A stretch of 64,000 nt of DNA from Acutalibacteraceae bacterium (GTDB lineage Bacteria; Bacillota; Clostridia; Oscillospirales; Acutalibacteraceae). Below, one piece after another: positions 6,920 through 17,038 of the stretch. A program made the position numbers and the translations under genes. Every line of letters begins with the position of its first letter. Position 1 is the stretch's first letter. Under the pieces are notes generated by a model. It saw nothing but the letters and a program-made list of their open reading frames with translations, was not told the origin of the DNA and searched no databases. Where the stretch lies: NCBI GenBank assembly GCA_045536235.1, contig JAZSND010000036.1, forward strand, positions 18,890 to 82,889, in the 5' to 3' direction.

Positions 6920-9103
6920 TCATATCAGGTTTCCGCCACGTGCTTTAATCCCGAATTCTTTGTGTATATCCGTGCAGGATGTGCCGATCAAAACTGTGTA
7001 GTCGCCGTCGTGCATACCAAGAACCATACGGCGGTCATAGTAGCAGAATGCCTCATTGGGCACATCTATACACACCTCGGTCTTTTCTCCCTTGCGAAGC
7101 TCAACACGTTTGTATGCCTTAAGCTCCTTTACGGGCAATACAACATCGCAATTTATGCCGGACAGATAAATTTGTATAACCTCTGCGCCGTCGTACCTGC
7201 CGGTGTTTTCAACGGTAAGTTTAATGCTCAGGCTGTCACCGTTATTAATGCACTCAAAATTATCCAGAGCAAAAGTAGTGTAGCTCAGACCGTAGCCGAA
7301 CGGGTAGAGCGGAGAACCGTCGTTTTCAACATAGCCATAGCCTCTGCCTGACGGTTTGTATGAATAGAAAAGCGGAACCTGACCTACTGTTTTCGGGAAG
7401 GTTATGGGAAGCTTACCGCTCGGACTTATCTCGCCAAAGAGAAGCTCGCATATTGCCTGTGCGCCTTGTTCACCGGGATACCATGCCTCCAGCACTGCAC
7501 CGCAGCCGTCAAGCCAGCTGCTCATATCTATGGGGGAGCCGTTGAGAAGTACAACTGCCGAATTGGCGTTGGCGGCGGTCATTCTGCGTATGCTCTCCTC
7601 CTGGTTTGTTTTGACTTCCATCTCAATTTTGCCGACAATTGTGGCGCTTTCATCCTTCTGCACCGTGCGTGTTACACCCGGCAGGCGGATATCCGAGCGG
7701 TCCAGACCCTCGCCCTCGACAAGAGCTGTCATATATATTGCGGCATCGCATTCGGCAGCAACCTGCTCAATGTATTCATCACCGGCAAAAATCACCTCAG
7801 CAAAGCCGTCAAGGTATTCTCGCAGGTATTGCAGCGGTGTCTTTGCATCATCCGCTGTCCACTTCACCTCGTAGGGTCCGGAATAATTTTCTCCAACGGG
7901 GAAAACATCGGCGCCCATACCGAATACTGCCAGCTTCTTTATTTCATTTTTATTAAATGGCAGAACACCCTCGTTCTTCAGAAGAACCATTGCTCTGCGT
8001 GCTGTTTCAAGCGCCAATTGCTTATGCTTGTCGCAGCGCACAAGGCTCTGGGCCTCGTCTCTGTCAGCAAAGGGCTTATCCATAAGACCGATACTGAATT
8101 TGGCCGTAAGAACACGTAAAAGTGCACGGTCAACATCTGCCTCATTAATCCAGCCCTCGTTATATGCAATCATCAGATCGTCATAGGAATTCTGAGGTAA
8201 GTCAACATCCATACCCGCCTTCAGGCTCGCTGCCTGAGCCTTCCACTCGGCATCATAGAGCCTGTGTGCTTCCCAGACACCCTCGACCGAGTTGTAGTCC
8301 GACACAACAAAGCCGTCAAAGCCCCACTCGTTGCGCAGAATATCGGTCAGCAATCGCTCATTACAGGTACAGGGAATACCGTCCCAACTGTTGTAGGCAG
8401 CCATAATGGACATAGCACCGCCCTCTTTAATGCACTTTTCAAAGGGCTTGAGGTAAACCTCACGCATCGTGCGTTCGCAGGTATCAGAAACATTGGAATC
8501 TCTGCCGCCGTAAGAATAATTATCTGCATAGTGCTTCGGAGTAGCAATAACGCCGTTTTTCTGCAAGCCTTTGCAAATGGCAACACCCATATCTGAGCTT
8601 AACAGCACATCCTCGCCGAAGCTTTCGATTGTTCTGCCCCAGCGGCAGTCACGCACAATATTGACCACGGGGGTCAGCGCCTGTCTGACACCGACCACGG
8701 CACATTCCTTGCCGATAACATCGCCTATGCGTTCAACCAGCTCGCTGTCAAACATTGAAGCCATACCTATCGGCTGCGGGAAGCAGGTTGCCATACCCCA
8801 CTGTGCGCCGTGAAGTGCCTCGGCATGCTCAATAGGCGGAACAGACTGGGAGTTGCACTCCATACTCAGGCGAATATCACGGTTTATTGCATCGGTAACC
8901 TCTGCCGGAGAAACGGGCTCGCCCCTGTGCTCGTGTAAAAAATGGCCGGGGTTGCGGAAATTGCCGAATTTATACATACGCCGTTGTTCGTAATCCTCGC
9001 GTATCGGGTACAGCATCTGGCAGGAAAGCTGACAGATCTTTTCCTCAAGTGTCAGTTTTTCGAGCAGCTCTTCTGCACGCTGAGCAGGAGTTTTTGTATT
9101 CAT
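6920..9103 (-). CDS. bglX: glycoside hydrolase family 3 beta-glucosidase (BglX-like), cytoplasmic
   Basis: It is 727 aa with GH3 motifs: ...KHYADNY..., the nucleophile region GFDGFVVSDYNS, and a C-terminal FnIII-like domain (PFGYGLSYT). There is no signal peptide. Confidence 0.88.
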   Translation of the reverse strand: MNTKTPAQRAEELLEKLTLEEKICQLSCQMLYPIREDYEQRRMYKFGNFRNPGHFLHEHRGEPVSPAEVTDAINRDIRLSMECNSQSVPPIEHAEALHGAQWGMATCFPQPIGMASMFDSELVERIGDVIGKECAVVGVRQALTPVVNIVRDCRWGRTIESFGEDVLLSSDMGVAICKGLQKNGVIATPKHYADNYSYGGRDSNVSDTCERTMREVYLKPFEKCIKEGGAMSIMAAYNSWDGIPCTCNERLLTDILRNEWGFDGFVVSDYNSVEGVWEAHRLYDAEWKAQAASLKAGMDVDLPQNSYDDLMIAYNEGWINEADVDRALLRVLTAKFSIGLMDKPFADRDEAQSLVRCDKHKQLALETARRAMVLLKNEGVLPFNKNEIKKLAVFGMGADVFPVGENYSGPYEVKWTADDAKTPLQYLREYLDGFAEVIFAGDEYIEQVAAECDAAIYMTALVEGEGLDRSDIRLPGVTRTVQKDESATIVGKIEMEVKTNQEESIRRMTAANANSAVVLLNGSPIDMSSWLDGCGAVLEAWYPGEQGAQAICELLFGEISPSGKLPITFPKTVGQVPLFYSYKPSGRGYGYVENDGSPLYPFGYGLSYTTFALDNFECINNGDSLSIKLTVENTGRYDGAEVIQIYLSGINCDVVLPVKELKAYKRVELRKGEKTEVCIDVPNEAFCYYDRRMVLGMHDGDYTVLIGTSCTDIHKEFGIKARGGNLI

Positions 9104-9474
9104 AAAACTTTCTCCTTACGGGTTGAATTAATGTTTACTGTAATGTACATCATATCACAACATCATTCAGACTGTAAATATATCTGAACGCAAAATTCAG
9201 GATAAATTATATAACATTTACGTTTATTAACATATTTTATCTGATACTTTTAAATATTTCTGAAAAATTATTTATAAGGTCAACACAAATCAGGCGGCAC
9301 TCATTTTTGTAACAGACGGATTTATATGTACTGAATTAAAGAAAAAAATTAGGTTAATAAGTAGACTTTTTAAAATAAAAGTGATAATATTATAATGATC
9401 ATTTATATTTAAACATATATAAAAATAAAAATCCAGTGTTGGAAAACTGGGTTTATTTGTAAAAGTGGTGAATT

Positions 9475-10698
9475 ATGAAGTTGAAGAGTTCAAATAAATC
9501 AGTAATGGAAAAAACGGGTAAAGACAGGCTGTTTGATTCAGCTTGTTATCTTGTACCCTTTGTAAGCCTCGGCGGATATCTTCTTGCCTTAATACTTAAA
9601 GGTGAGATAACATCTGCAGCCGGTTACTATCTGATACATTATCTTTATGCGTACGACCACGGATTTGTTGCCCGCGGATTAGTCGGTGAAGTAATCAGTT
9701 GGTTTTATGAAAATGTAACAGATGAGATTACCCGGAATATTGTTATTCTTTTTTCTTTCCTGTTAATGCTCTCTGCTTCACTTTGTATCGGAAAAGCCCT
9801 GACAAAAGTAAAAAATAATCCTACACTTTTTTTAATAACAGCAGCGCTTTCAGTTTTACTGTGTATTTTACCTGCTTCATTCCGTCACTATTATATTGAT
9901 ATTAAGTTGGATAAATTACTCTGGGCGTTAACCTTGTTTGCTGTTTTGTTTGTTGACAGAAAGTACGGTATATGGCTGGTGCCCGTTTTTTGTATAATTG
10001 CGACGCTTGTAAACCCCGTATTTTTATTTTGCAGTATGATACTGATTGCAATCATTCTGCTTCAAAAATTTTACGATGAAAAATTTGCTGTAAAAAACGG
10101 CATTGTATGTGCGGTTTCATATATCACGATGATAGTTCTGGGAATCTATGCACTGGCTTCGGAAAAATATCTTGGCTTTGAAACCCCGAATGAGATGGTA
10201 GACTATTATTTTTCCAGATACGCAGGAGTGCTTGAAGAGGGAGTATACGATGCCTTTGTGACTGAATGGCTGTATGACTACTTTGAGCCGATGAAAAAAA
10301 TCATATCAATGTCCTTCGAATATTATTTTATCAGATGGGGCAACTGGATTGTATGCCTACTTGACCTGATTATCCTTATGATTCCGACTTACACAATTAC
10401 AGTTTTGTTCTGGAAAAAATGTATGTCGGCTGCTGATAACAGGTTTCAGAAATTCATTTTTTTCCTTTGTCTGATTTCGCCTGCTGTTATTATTTTACCC
10501 ATAATCTTCTCATGGGAAACAAGCAAGTATTTTTATAGCAACTTAATGGTTCAGCTTTCTTTGATGATATACTTCACCGTTACTGAGAATTCAGCAGTTG
10601 TCAGCTGCATAAAAAGTTGTATTAATTGGGTAAAGAACCATATAATTGTTTCAGCGTGTGCCGTGATGTACTTTGCATCAATTATTGTTACGAAATAA
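9475..10698 (+). CDS. polytopic integral membrane protein, unknown family (GT-C/polymerase-like by context only)
   Basis: It is 407 aa with about 10-12 hydrophobic segments. It is the first gene of a tightly packed plus-strand operon. I recognise no motif. Confidence 0.6.
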   Translation: MKLKSSNKSVMEKTGKDRLFDSACYLVPFVSLGGYLLALILKGEITSAAGYYLIHYLYAYDHGFVARGLVGEVISWFYENVTDEITRNIVILFSFLLMLSASLCIGKALTKVKNNPTLFLITAALSVLLCILPASFRHYYIDIKLDKLLWALTLFAVLFVDRKYGIWLVPVFCIIATLVNPVFLFCSMILIAIILLQKFYDEKFAVKNGIVCAVSYITMIVLGIYALASEKYLGFETPNEMVDYYFSRYAGVLEEGVYDAFVTEWLYDYFEPMKKIISMSFEYYFIRWGNWIVCLLDLIILMIPTYTITVLFWKKCMSAADNRFQKFIFFLCLISPAVIILPIIFSWETSKYFYSNLMVQLSLMIYFTVTENSAVVSCIKSCINWVKNHIIVSACAVMYFASIIVTK

Positions 10699-10714
10699 AT
10701 CGGGAGTTTACGGT

Positions 10715-11842
10715 ATGAAAAAGATTTTTAACAAAACTAACGGTGAAATTCTTATATACTTCTTGATTATTTTTTTTACTGGATTTTCCTGTCTGTCCGG
10801 AAGCTGTCTGGATATAAGCACTTTCGATATAAAAATAAACTTTTCTACTGAACTGTTATGGTCTGTTATCAGCATTCTGGTTTTCAGCGCAGCGAGTGCG
10901 GTTTTTGTGCAAAAGCTTATCGCAACCGACAGCGGCATATTGGTTTTACCCGTTCTGCTGCTTTTTTTGGATCCTCTGTTCAGAAATACTTTTACAATCA
11001 GCTCTTATCTTCCTCTGTTGGTTGTTGAGTTTGTTCTCATATTTTATCTGGCTGCGGGTAAATCGGTCAGTGTAAAACTTATACTGACGGCTTTGTTTGC
11101 CTTTGCCTCTTCGCTGGTGTTTTTTACAGCAGCATACAGCTACGTTCCGCTTGTCTTTTGCGTTTACTTACTCAGCGTCATAACGGAAGAAAACAAAAAT
11201 ATCAAAAGTATCAGCAATAAAAACAAACAAAATAAATTAAAAGATAAAGCTAAATCTAAAAAGCAGAAAAGTACAGTCAATGCAGGTGAGCTTTTATCGC
11301 TGATTATTATTGCGGTTACTGTTATTGCGGTAATGCTTAACCGCAGGTTTTCTCAGCAGATTGCTCAGTTGTACTATCCGAAAACGTACAATACAGAAAT
11401 AAGGACAGTTCACGATTGGGTAAGACTTTTATTACCGAGTTTTCCTTATGTTTTTATCCTCTTTGTCTTTATCGGAGAATATCTGACTGATAAATTTAAG
11501 GAGAAAAAATTTACGCTCAGTTCTGTCTTTAGAAAAGCAGGTTTTATTTTTGGCATAGTTGCTTTCTATGTGGTAATACTTTTCGGTATTTTCAAGATGA
11601 ATTCCTTTGAGAGCTATTCGTTGGTAAATTTAATTGTTCCGCTGACTTTGATTTTTGTTTATTTAAAAGACAAAGTCCCTGCAGGAAAAGCTCTTAAAGA
11701 AATTTATGCATGGATAAATGAACACAAAGCGATTACTGCTGTTGTAACCGTTGTGTGGATTGTTGTTACACAATTTTTATTCTACAGTTCTCAGAACACT
11801 CTGTGGGGAGAGATACTTTCAATAGCGGGTAGATTACTGTAA
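10715..11842 (+). CDS. polytopic integral membrane protein, unknown family, with a Lys-rich cytoplasmic loop
   Basis: I moved the start to ATG 10715 (MKKIFNK...) because GGGAG lies 8 nt upstream. It has multiple TM segments and a central loop KNIKSISNKNKQNKLKDKAKSKKQKS. Confidence 0.6.
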   Translation: MKKIFNKTNGEILIYFLIIFFTGFSCLSGSCLDISTFDIKINFSTELLWSVISILVFSAASAVFVQKLIATDSGILVLPVLLLFLDPLFRNTFTISSYLPLLVVEFVLIFYLAAGKSVSVKLILTALFAFASSLVFFTAAYSYVPLVFCVYLLSVITEENKNIKSISNKNKQNKLKDKAKSKKQKSTVNAGELLSLIIIAVTVIAVMLNRRFSQQIAQLYYPKTYNTEIRTVHDWVRLLLPSFPYVFILFVFIGEYLTDKFKEKKFTLSSVFRKAGFIFGIVAFYVVILFGIFKMNSFESYSLVNLIVPLTLIFVYLKDKVPAGKALKEIYAWINEHKAITAVVTVVWIVVTQFLFYSSQNTLWGEILSIAGRLL

Positions 11843-11843
11843 T

Positions 11844-12566
11844 ATGGAATACACTTCACTGACCGTTTTTGTTTTGGCAAACAATGAAACGGATTTGCTC
11901 AGAGCCACGATTGATGCAATAAAAAACAACTGTGCCGATGGCGATTTGGAAAAGATAATAATAGTTGCCAAAAGCGACAGCTGTCCGGCCAGTAATGAAG
12001 CAAGAAAGCTGGCGGAAAGCGATGAAAAAATTGAGCTTTATGTTCAGAAATCGACTACTGCACAGCTGTGTCTTGCGGAATTGCCTGCTTTGGCAACAGG
12101 TTCACATTTTGTAATTATGGCTGCTGATATGGAGATGGATCCTGGTAATCTTTCTGCTTTTATACAAAAAGCCAAAGAACATCCGCGACGCATAATCTGC
12201 GCGGCAAAGTGGCTGCCCGAATCAACAGTTATCGGATACGGTCTGTTTCACTCCGTGTGCAGCAGGACGATGAACAGATTTATCAGTCTGCTTTTTCAGA
12301 AGAAGGTTTTTGATCCCTTTTCAATTTATCAGATTTATCCTGTATCGTTGTACAAAAGCATGAACTTCGACAAGCCCGAAAATTTTCTGTATGAGTATAC
12401 ACTTAAACCGCTTTATCTCGGCGAAGAATATGAGGAGATCCCCACAGTATATCAAAAGAGAAAATCGGGTAAATCAAACTTTAAAATTTTTACACTCTGC
12501 AGCGTAGCTATAAGATTTATTCTGACGGGAATCAGAATACGTTTCAATTTACAGGAGAAAAAATGA
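11844..12566 (+). CDS. family 2 glycosyltransferase, Dpm1/GtrB-like fold with divergent acidic motifs
   Basis: It has the GT2 layout: LTVFVLANNE, VIMAADMEMDP, ...EIPTVYQKRKSGKSNF. The usual VDDGS and DAD motifs read VAKSDS and AAD. It starts 2 nt after the upstream stop. Confidence 0.7.
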   Translation: MEYTSLTVFVLANNETDLLRATIDAIKNNCADGDLEKIIIVAKSDSCPASNEARKLAESDEKIELYVQKSTTAQLCLAELPALATGSHFVIMAADMEMDPGNLSAFIQKAKEHPRRIICAAKWLPESTVIGYGLFHSVCSRTMNRFISLLFQKKVFDPFSIYQIYPVSLYKSMNFDKPENFLYEYTLKPLYLGEEYEEIPTVYQKRKSGKSNFKIFTLCSVAIRFILTGIRIRFNLQEKK

Positions 12567-15016
12567 ATTTTACCGATGACACAATAATAGTTTTGACTGT
12601 CGGCAGTTTCGCTCAGAAGCAGCTGTGCGAAAAGCTTATTCCGGAACTGGATTTATCGGGAATGAGGATTGAGGTTATATCCGACGATGAATTCGGAAAC
12701 AGAATAGGCTCGGGCGGTGCTGTTTTGAATGTCATCGGCAGATATTATGAAACAAACAAAAAGCTTATTGTTATAAATTCAGGCGGATTTTCAAAAAGGA
12801 CATTCAGCTGTGCGGTCAAGGGTAAGGCGTTTGCCCGCACCCTGTGCGGTAATAAACCCGTAACGCTTTTAGAGCATATCATTGACAGTACAGTCAGATT
12901 AACAAAGGCTTTTTCTAAGGGTATAATCCTTTGCTGCAGCGATATTTTAACAGATACGCGTCAAGTGAATATCAGCTTTGACAACAATATAGGGTTCGGT
13001 GTGCTTTCTGACATCGGTACGGGTGTCAATCACGGAGTAATGCTTAAAAACGTCAATCACGAGCTGACAGATTTTCTGCATAAATGCGATGAAAAAATTC
13101 TGAGAAGTTATGCTGAAAAAAACAACGGCAAGGTAATCGTCGATACGGGTATGGTTTTTCTGTGCGATGAATTTGCAGAAAAGCTTTACCGTCTTATCAG
13201 ACAGAATAAGCTGCTTGACTTTATCAGAGAGAACGGAATTGAGCTGAATTTTTATTCTGATGTTTTTCCGTTGCTCAGTAAAAACTTAACTGCAGAGCAG
13301 TATTTTTCACAGATGCCGCAGGACAGCCAACACACTGAACTGAGAAAGATTCTTTACAGCAGCCTCAGTGACTGTTCTCTGAAAGTATGCGTGCTTGAAA
13401 ACCAGAGATTTATGCATTTCGGAACAACCAGACAGCTGCTTGAAAATGTTATTGATATTTCTGATGATTCACCCTATCTGTCAATCGGCAGTGTTACAGA
13501 TGACAGTGTATCGGTTGGCAGCAATACCGTGCTTGACGGTGCTCTGCTTAAGGGGAAGATTGAAACAGGTGCTGACTGTCTGATAAATGATATCGCTCTG
13601 AACGGAGAATTCTGTATACCCGACGGTAAGGTTGTCTGCGGAATAAAGCTGACTGACGGTTCGTTTGTCACCGTGATTACGGATACAGACGAAAATCCCA
13701 AAGATATGTATGACGGTTATGTGCTCTGGGATTTGCCGAGGTTTTATAAAGGCAGAAGCTTTTCCGATTCGCTGAAGAAATTCTTTCGGCAGGCGGATGA
13801 AGAAAAATTCAGTCTGAAGTACTGTACTGAAAATGCTGATTTTAATTTTTTCTATAATCATACCGAATATCTTAAAGGAATAAAAGAAAGCGGTTTTAAT
13901 GAAGAATATTCAAATATAAGAAACAGAATTATTTCTGACTTTTTTGATAATCAAAAAAAGTTTCAGCAGCTGCACTGTGTGAAAGACCGTGTTGAGGTTT
14001 CAATGCCCTTGCGTGTAAACCTCTGCGGAACGTGGACGGATGCAATGCCCTACTGCATCAAAAACGGCGGTACGGTTATCAATGCCGCTGTGACAGTGAA
14101 CGGTGAATTGCCTGTTCGGGTTACTCTTGAAAAGCTCGATAATGAGATTATCGAATTTATAAGCGACGGCAGCTGCACCGAATTCAGCTTTGATGAAACG
14201 CAGGCTTATGACGAGCTTTCTGAGTTTAATCTGCACAGAGTTGTTCTGCAAACCGTCGGTATAACCGGTTACGGTCAGCTCCCGTGCGGTTTGCGGCTGA
14301 GCACGCAGGTCTGCGGAACAGACAAGGGTTCGGGACTTGGCACAAGCAGTATTTTGCTGACAGCCTGCTTTAAAGCTTTTTCGGAAATGTTCGGTCTTGA
14401 CTGTCAGAACAGTGAAATTGTAAAAATGGTTTTTGTTGCAGAACAACTTATGAAAACAGGCGGAGGCTGGCAGGACCAGGTCGGTGGTCTGTATCCCGGG
14501 GTCAAGCTGATTTCGTCTGAACCCGGCCTGCAGCAGAAGGTGAAGGTGAAAAGCATAGAATTGCCGGACAGTTTCAAAAAGCTGTTTTCTCAGTCAGCTG
14601 TGCTGCTGCCGACGGGTCAGCGTCACTTCGGCAGATTTATTGTTACGGATGTTGCAAACCGTTACCTTGACGGCAATCCCGGAACTGTGTCGGCATTAAA
14701 CGAAATAAAAGAACTGAACAGCAGACTACTGGAGTCCATTGAGAATGAAGACACAGCTGCTTTCTATGAGTGCATTAACAGCCATATGCAGCTGCTGACA
14801 AGGATTTCTCCGGCTGTTACAAATACGGTAATCCGGAATATTATCGGAAAATGTGCCTGTATGACTGAGGCTGTTTCAATCTGCGGTGCAGGTGCGGGAG
14901 GATATCTCCTGGCTTTTCTGAAAAAGGGTGTAACTCTTTCTGAATTCAGAAGCTTTATAGCTCTCAATTTTCCGCAGATAAAAAGTGATGTTTTAAAAAC
15001 AGATATTTTTATATAA
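12563..15016 (+). CDS. fkp: bifunctional L-fucokinase / fucose-1-phosphate guanylyltransferase-like protein (Fkp family)
   Basis: The N-terminal half has fucose-1-P guanylyltransferase-type motifs: GSGGAVLNV, NSGGFSKR, HGVM, FMHFGTTRQLL. The C-terminal half is a GHMP kinase: PLRVNLCGTWTDAMPY, GSGLGTSS, KTGGGWQDQVGG, CGAGAGGYL. It is colinear with Bacteroides Fkp as I recall that sequence. It overlaps the GT2 stop by 4 nt (ATGA). Confidence 0.85.
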   Translation: MNFTDDTIIVLTVGSFAQKQLCEKLIPELDLSGMRIEVISDDEFGNRIGSGGAVLNVIGRYYETNKKLIVINSGGFSKRTFSCAVKGKAFARTLCGNKPVTLLEHIIDSTVRLTKAFSKGIILCCSDILTDTRQVNISFDNNIGFGVLSDIGTGVNHGVMLKNVNHELTDFLHKCDEKILRSYAEKNNGKVIVDTGMVFLCDEFAEKLYRLIRQNKLLDFIRENGIELNFYSDVFPLLSKNLTAEQYFSQMPQDSQHTELRKILYSSLSDCSLKVCVLENQRFMHFGTTRQLLENVIDISDDSPYLSIGSVTDDSVSVGSNTVLDGALLKGKIETGADCLINDIALNGEFCIPDGKVVCGIKLTDGSFVTVITDTDENPKDMYDGYVLWDLPRFYKGRSFSDSLKKFFRQADEEKFSLKYCTENADFNFFYNHTEYLKGIKESGFNEEYSNIRNRIISDFFDNQKKFQQLHCVKDRVEVSMPLRVNLCGTWTDAMPYCIKNGGTVINAAVTVNGELPVRVTLEKLDNEIIEFISDGSCTEFSFDETQAYDELSEFNLHRVVLQTVGITGYGQLPCGLRLSTQVCGTDKGSGLGTSSILLTACFKAFSEMFGLDCQNSEIVKMVFVAEQLMKTGGGWQDQVGGLYPGVKLISSEPGLQQKVKVKSIELPDSFKKLFSQSAVLLPTGQRHFGRFIVTDVANRYLDGNPGTVSALNEIKELNSRLLESIENEDTAAFYECINSHMQLLTRISPAVTNTVIRNIIGKCACMTEAVSICGAGAGGYLLAFLKKGVTLSEFRSFIALNFPQIKSDVLKTDIFI

Positions 15017-15104
15017 ACAGTTTAAAAATATCGGAAAGGAAGATACTCTGTGCGATGGAAAATAAAATTCCGTATGTACTATTCTGTATCATCGGTTGAT
15101 ATTA

Positions 15105-17024
15105 ATGGATAAGAAAAATATTTACATTGTTCAGGCGGGCTGCCTTTACGGAAACACCTATTATTTACCATACGCGGCAGGTATGCTGGCAGCCTTTGCT
15201 TTTGACAACAAAATTATACAGGAACACTATGAACTCAAACGGATAATATACAGTCTGGAAGATATTGATGAAAGCATAAACAGTCTGGAAAATCCCGCAT
15301 TTGTAGGCTTTTCGAATTCAATATGGAATTATAACTATAATCTGGTTTATGCCGAAAAATTAAAGAAAGCCTATCCCGACTGTGTTATTGAGTTTGGCGG
15401 ACACCATATTCCGCCGACAACACAGTACCTTGACGATTACAGCTTTATAGATTTGCTTATTCACCGCAAAGGTGAAGAGGCTTTCCGCGATGTTCTGCTG
15501 GCACTTATTGATAACTCCGATTTGTCAGCGATTCCGAATATTTCTTACCGCTTGTCCGACGGAAAAGCGGTACAGACCCCCGAAAGAAAAATTACCGTTT
15601 CGGATTATCCGTCCCCGTATTTAAACGGCTTTTTCGATGATATTATCAAAAACGGCAAGTATCCGTTTTCCTGTGTTATCGAAACCAACAGAGGCTGTCC
15701 GTATAACTGCAGCTACTGTGACTGGGGCGAGCTCAATTCAAAGGTGCGCCTTTTTCCGCTGGAAAAGGTAATGGCAGAGCTTGAGTGGATGGCTGAGCAC
15801 AAAATGGAATTTGTGTACTGTGTCGATGCCAATTTCGGTATGTTTGAACGCGATGAAATTATCGCTCAGAAAATTGTTGAGCTGAAAGAAACAAAGGGCT
15901 ATCCTAACAGACTGCAGGTTTCCTATGCAAAGAGTGAGCAGGACAGAGTTTTCCGAATCAATAAAATGCTTGCCGATCACGGGATAGGAAAAGGTGCGAC
16001 TCTTGCTCTGCAGAGCCTTGAGCCTGACGTGCTTAAAAATGTCGGGCGTGCAAATATCAGCAAAGAGGAATACGCCAGATCAATTTCACGCTACAGAGAT
16101 GCGGGTATTTCGACCTACACAGAGCTGATCCTCGGTTTACCGGGTGAAACATACGAAAGCTTTACGCGCGGTCTTTGCGAAATTCTTGAACTCGGTCAGC
16201 ACAGCTCAGTCAGTGCGTATTACTGCGAGCTGTTGCCGAATTCCGCATTAAGTACACCCGAATATATTGAAAAGTTTAAAATCAGAACGGTATCAACTCA
16301 TCTCAATCAGTACCATTGCGAGGTTATGGACGATGTTCTGTCAGGCAATTCAACCATTATTGTAGGGACAGAAACGCTGTGTACAGATGAATGGATACAC
16401 GCCAACGAGTTTTCAGTCTGCGTACAGAGTCTGCACCATTTCGGAATTATGCAATGCCTTGCAATGTATATCCGTCACGAGTGCGGAGTTTCATATTTCG
16501 AATTCTATACCGAAATTTTCAGGTACATCTTTACAGAAACTGCTTTCTGTAAAGCGGTTTTCCGGGATGTTACGTCAATCCTCAGAAACTTTGTTGACGG
16601 AAAAGGCGGACTGACATATCAGAACGATGTTTTCGGAAAAATAACTTATCCGCTGGAAGAAGCTGTATTTCTGATTTTCCAATATAATTCCAAGCTGTTT
16701 TATGAAGAGATGGAAAGATTTGTCCGCAGATATATCAAAGACGAAAAACTTCTCTATCAGCTTTTCAAATATCAGCGTGCGGTTGTTCTAAGACCCGGAA
16801 TGAACGAATTCACCAAGTGTTTTGACTACGACTTTTCCGAATACTTCGATTCTATACTCAGAAATTCATATACCCCGTTAAAGAAAAAAAGAGTAAAATA
16901 CAAGTTCTCAACCGTATTCGCTACAGACAGCTGGGAAGAATATGCGAGGGAAATAATCTGGTACGGCAGAAGAAACAGCAGAATGATGTTTTCGAGTGCT
17001 CCCAACCGTATAGAAAAAATCTGA
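15105..17024 (+). CDS. B12-binding-domain radical SAM enzyme (class B), paralog 1
   Basis: The N-terminal region is Rossmann-like and B12-type (VGFSNSIWNYNYN...FGGHHIPP). The CxxxCxxC motif CPYNCSYC is at 15696-15719. It also has ELILGLPGETYESF, GQH and a C-terminal EEYAREIIWYGRRN. I prefer ATG 15105; the ORF-track TTG 15096 is possible. Confidence 0.85.
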   Translation: MDKKNIYIVQAGCLYGNTYYLPYAAGMLAAFAFDNKIIQEHYELKRIIYSLEDIDESINSLENPAFVGFSNSIWNYNYNLVYAEKLKKAYPDCVIEFGGHHIPPTTQYLDDYSFIDLLIHRKGEEAFRDVLLALIDNSDLSAIPNISYRLSDGKAVQTPERKITVSDYPSPYLNGFFDDIIKNGKYPFSCVIETNRGCPYNCSYCDWGELNSKVRLFPLEKVMAELEWMAEHKMEFVYCVDANFGMFERDEIIAQKIVELKETKGYPNRLQVSYAKSEQDRVFRINKMLADHGIGKGATLALQSLEPDVLKNVGRANISKEEYARSISRYRDAGISTYTELILGLPGETYESFTRGLCEILELGQHSSVSAYYCELLPNSALSTPEYIEKFKIRTVSTHLNQYHCEVMDDVLSGNSTIIVGTETLCTDEWIHANEFSVCVQSLHHFGIMQCLAMYIRHECGVSYFEFYTEIFRYIFTETAFCKAVFRDVTSILRNFVDGKGGLTYQNDVFGKITYPLEEAVFLIFQYNSKLFYEEMERFVRRYIKDEKLLYQLFKYQRAVVLRPGMNEFTKCFDYDFSEYFDSILRNSYTPLKKKRVKYKFSTVFATDSWEEYAREIIWYGRRNSRMMFSSAPNRIEKI

Positions 17025-17038
17025 TTTCAACATAAAGT

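Noticed and set aside
7404-8119. Long antisense ORFs inside the GH3 gene. Similar ones occur inside purL (56474-57151), radical SAM paralog 4 (22146-22643), the Fkp-like gene (14000-14446) and glgD (34439-34906).
   Set aside because: They lie fully within well-supported genes on the opposite strand. They have no RBS and low-complexity or atypical composition. These are typical shadow ORFs.
9104-9474. The 371-bp AT-rich leader upstream of the operon. I inspected it for a cobalamin riboswitch because four B12-type enzymes lie downstream.
   Set aside because: I found no B12-box-like GC-rich core or the multi-stem architecture. The only features are a small hairpin (9430-9454, AAATCCAGT...ACTGGGTTT) and weak -35/-10 candidates (TAGACT-17-TAATAT at 9362-9390). 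A covariance-model scan would be needed for certainty.
15050-15112. A 20-codon ORF (GTG start, M-RWKIKFRMYYSVSSVDING) with GGAAAGGAAG 7 nt upstream, just before radical SAM paralog 1. I considered it as a possible RiPP precursor.
   Set aside because: It overlaps the start of the first radical SAM gene. It is very short, with no leader/core organisation. There is no protease or exporter in the operon, and I cannot test conservation. The purine-rich stretch is more likely simply the RBS region. It is worth a look only if homologous operons keep it.
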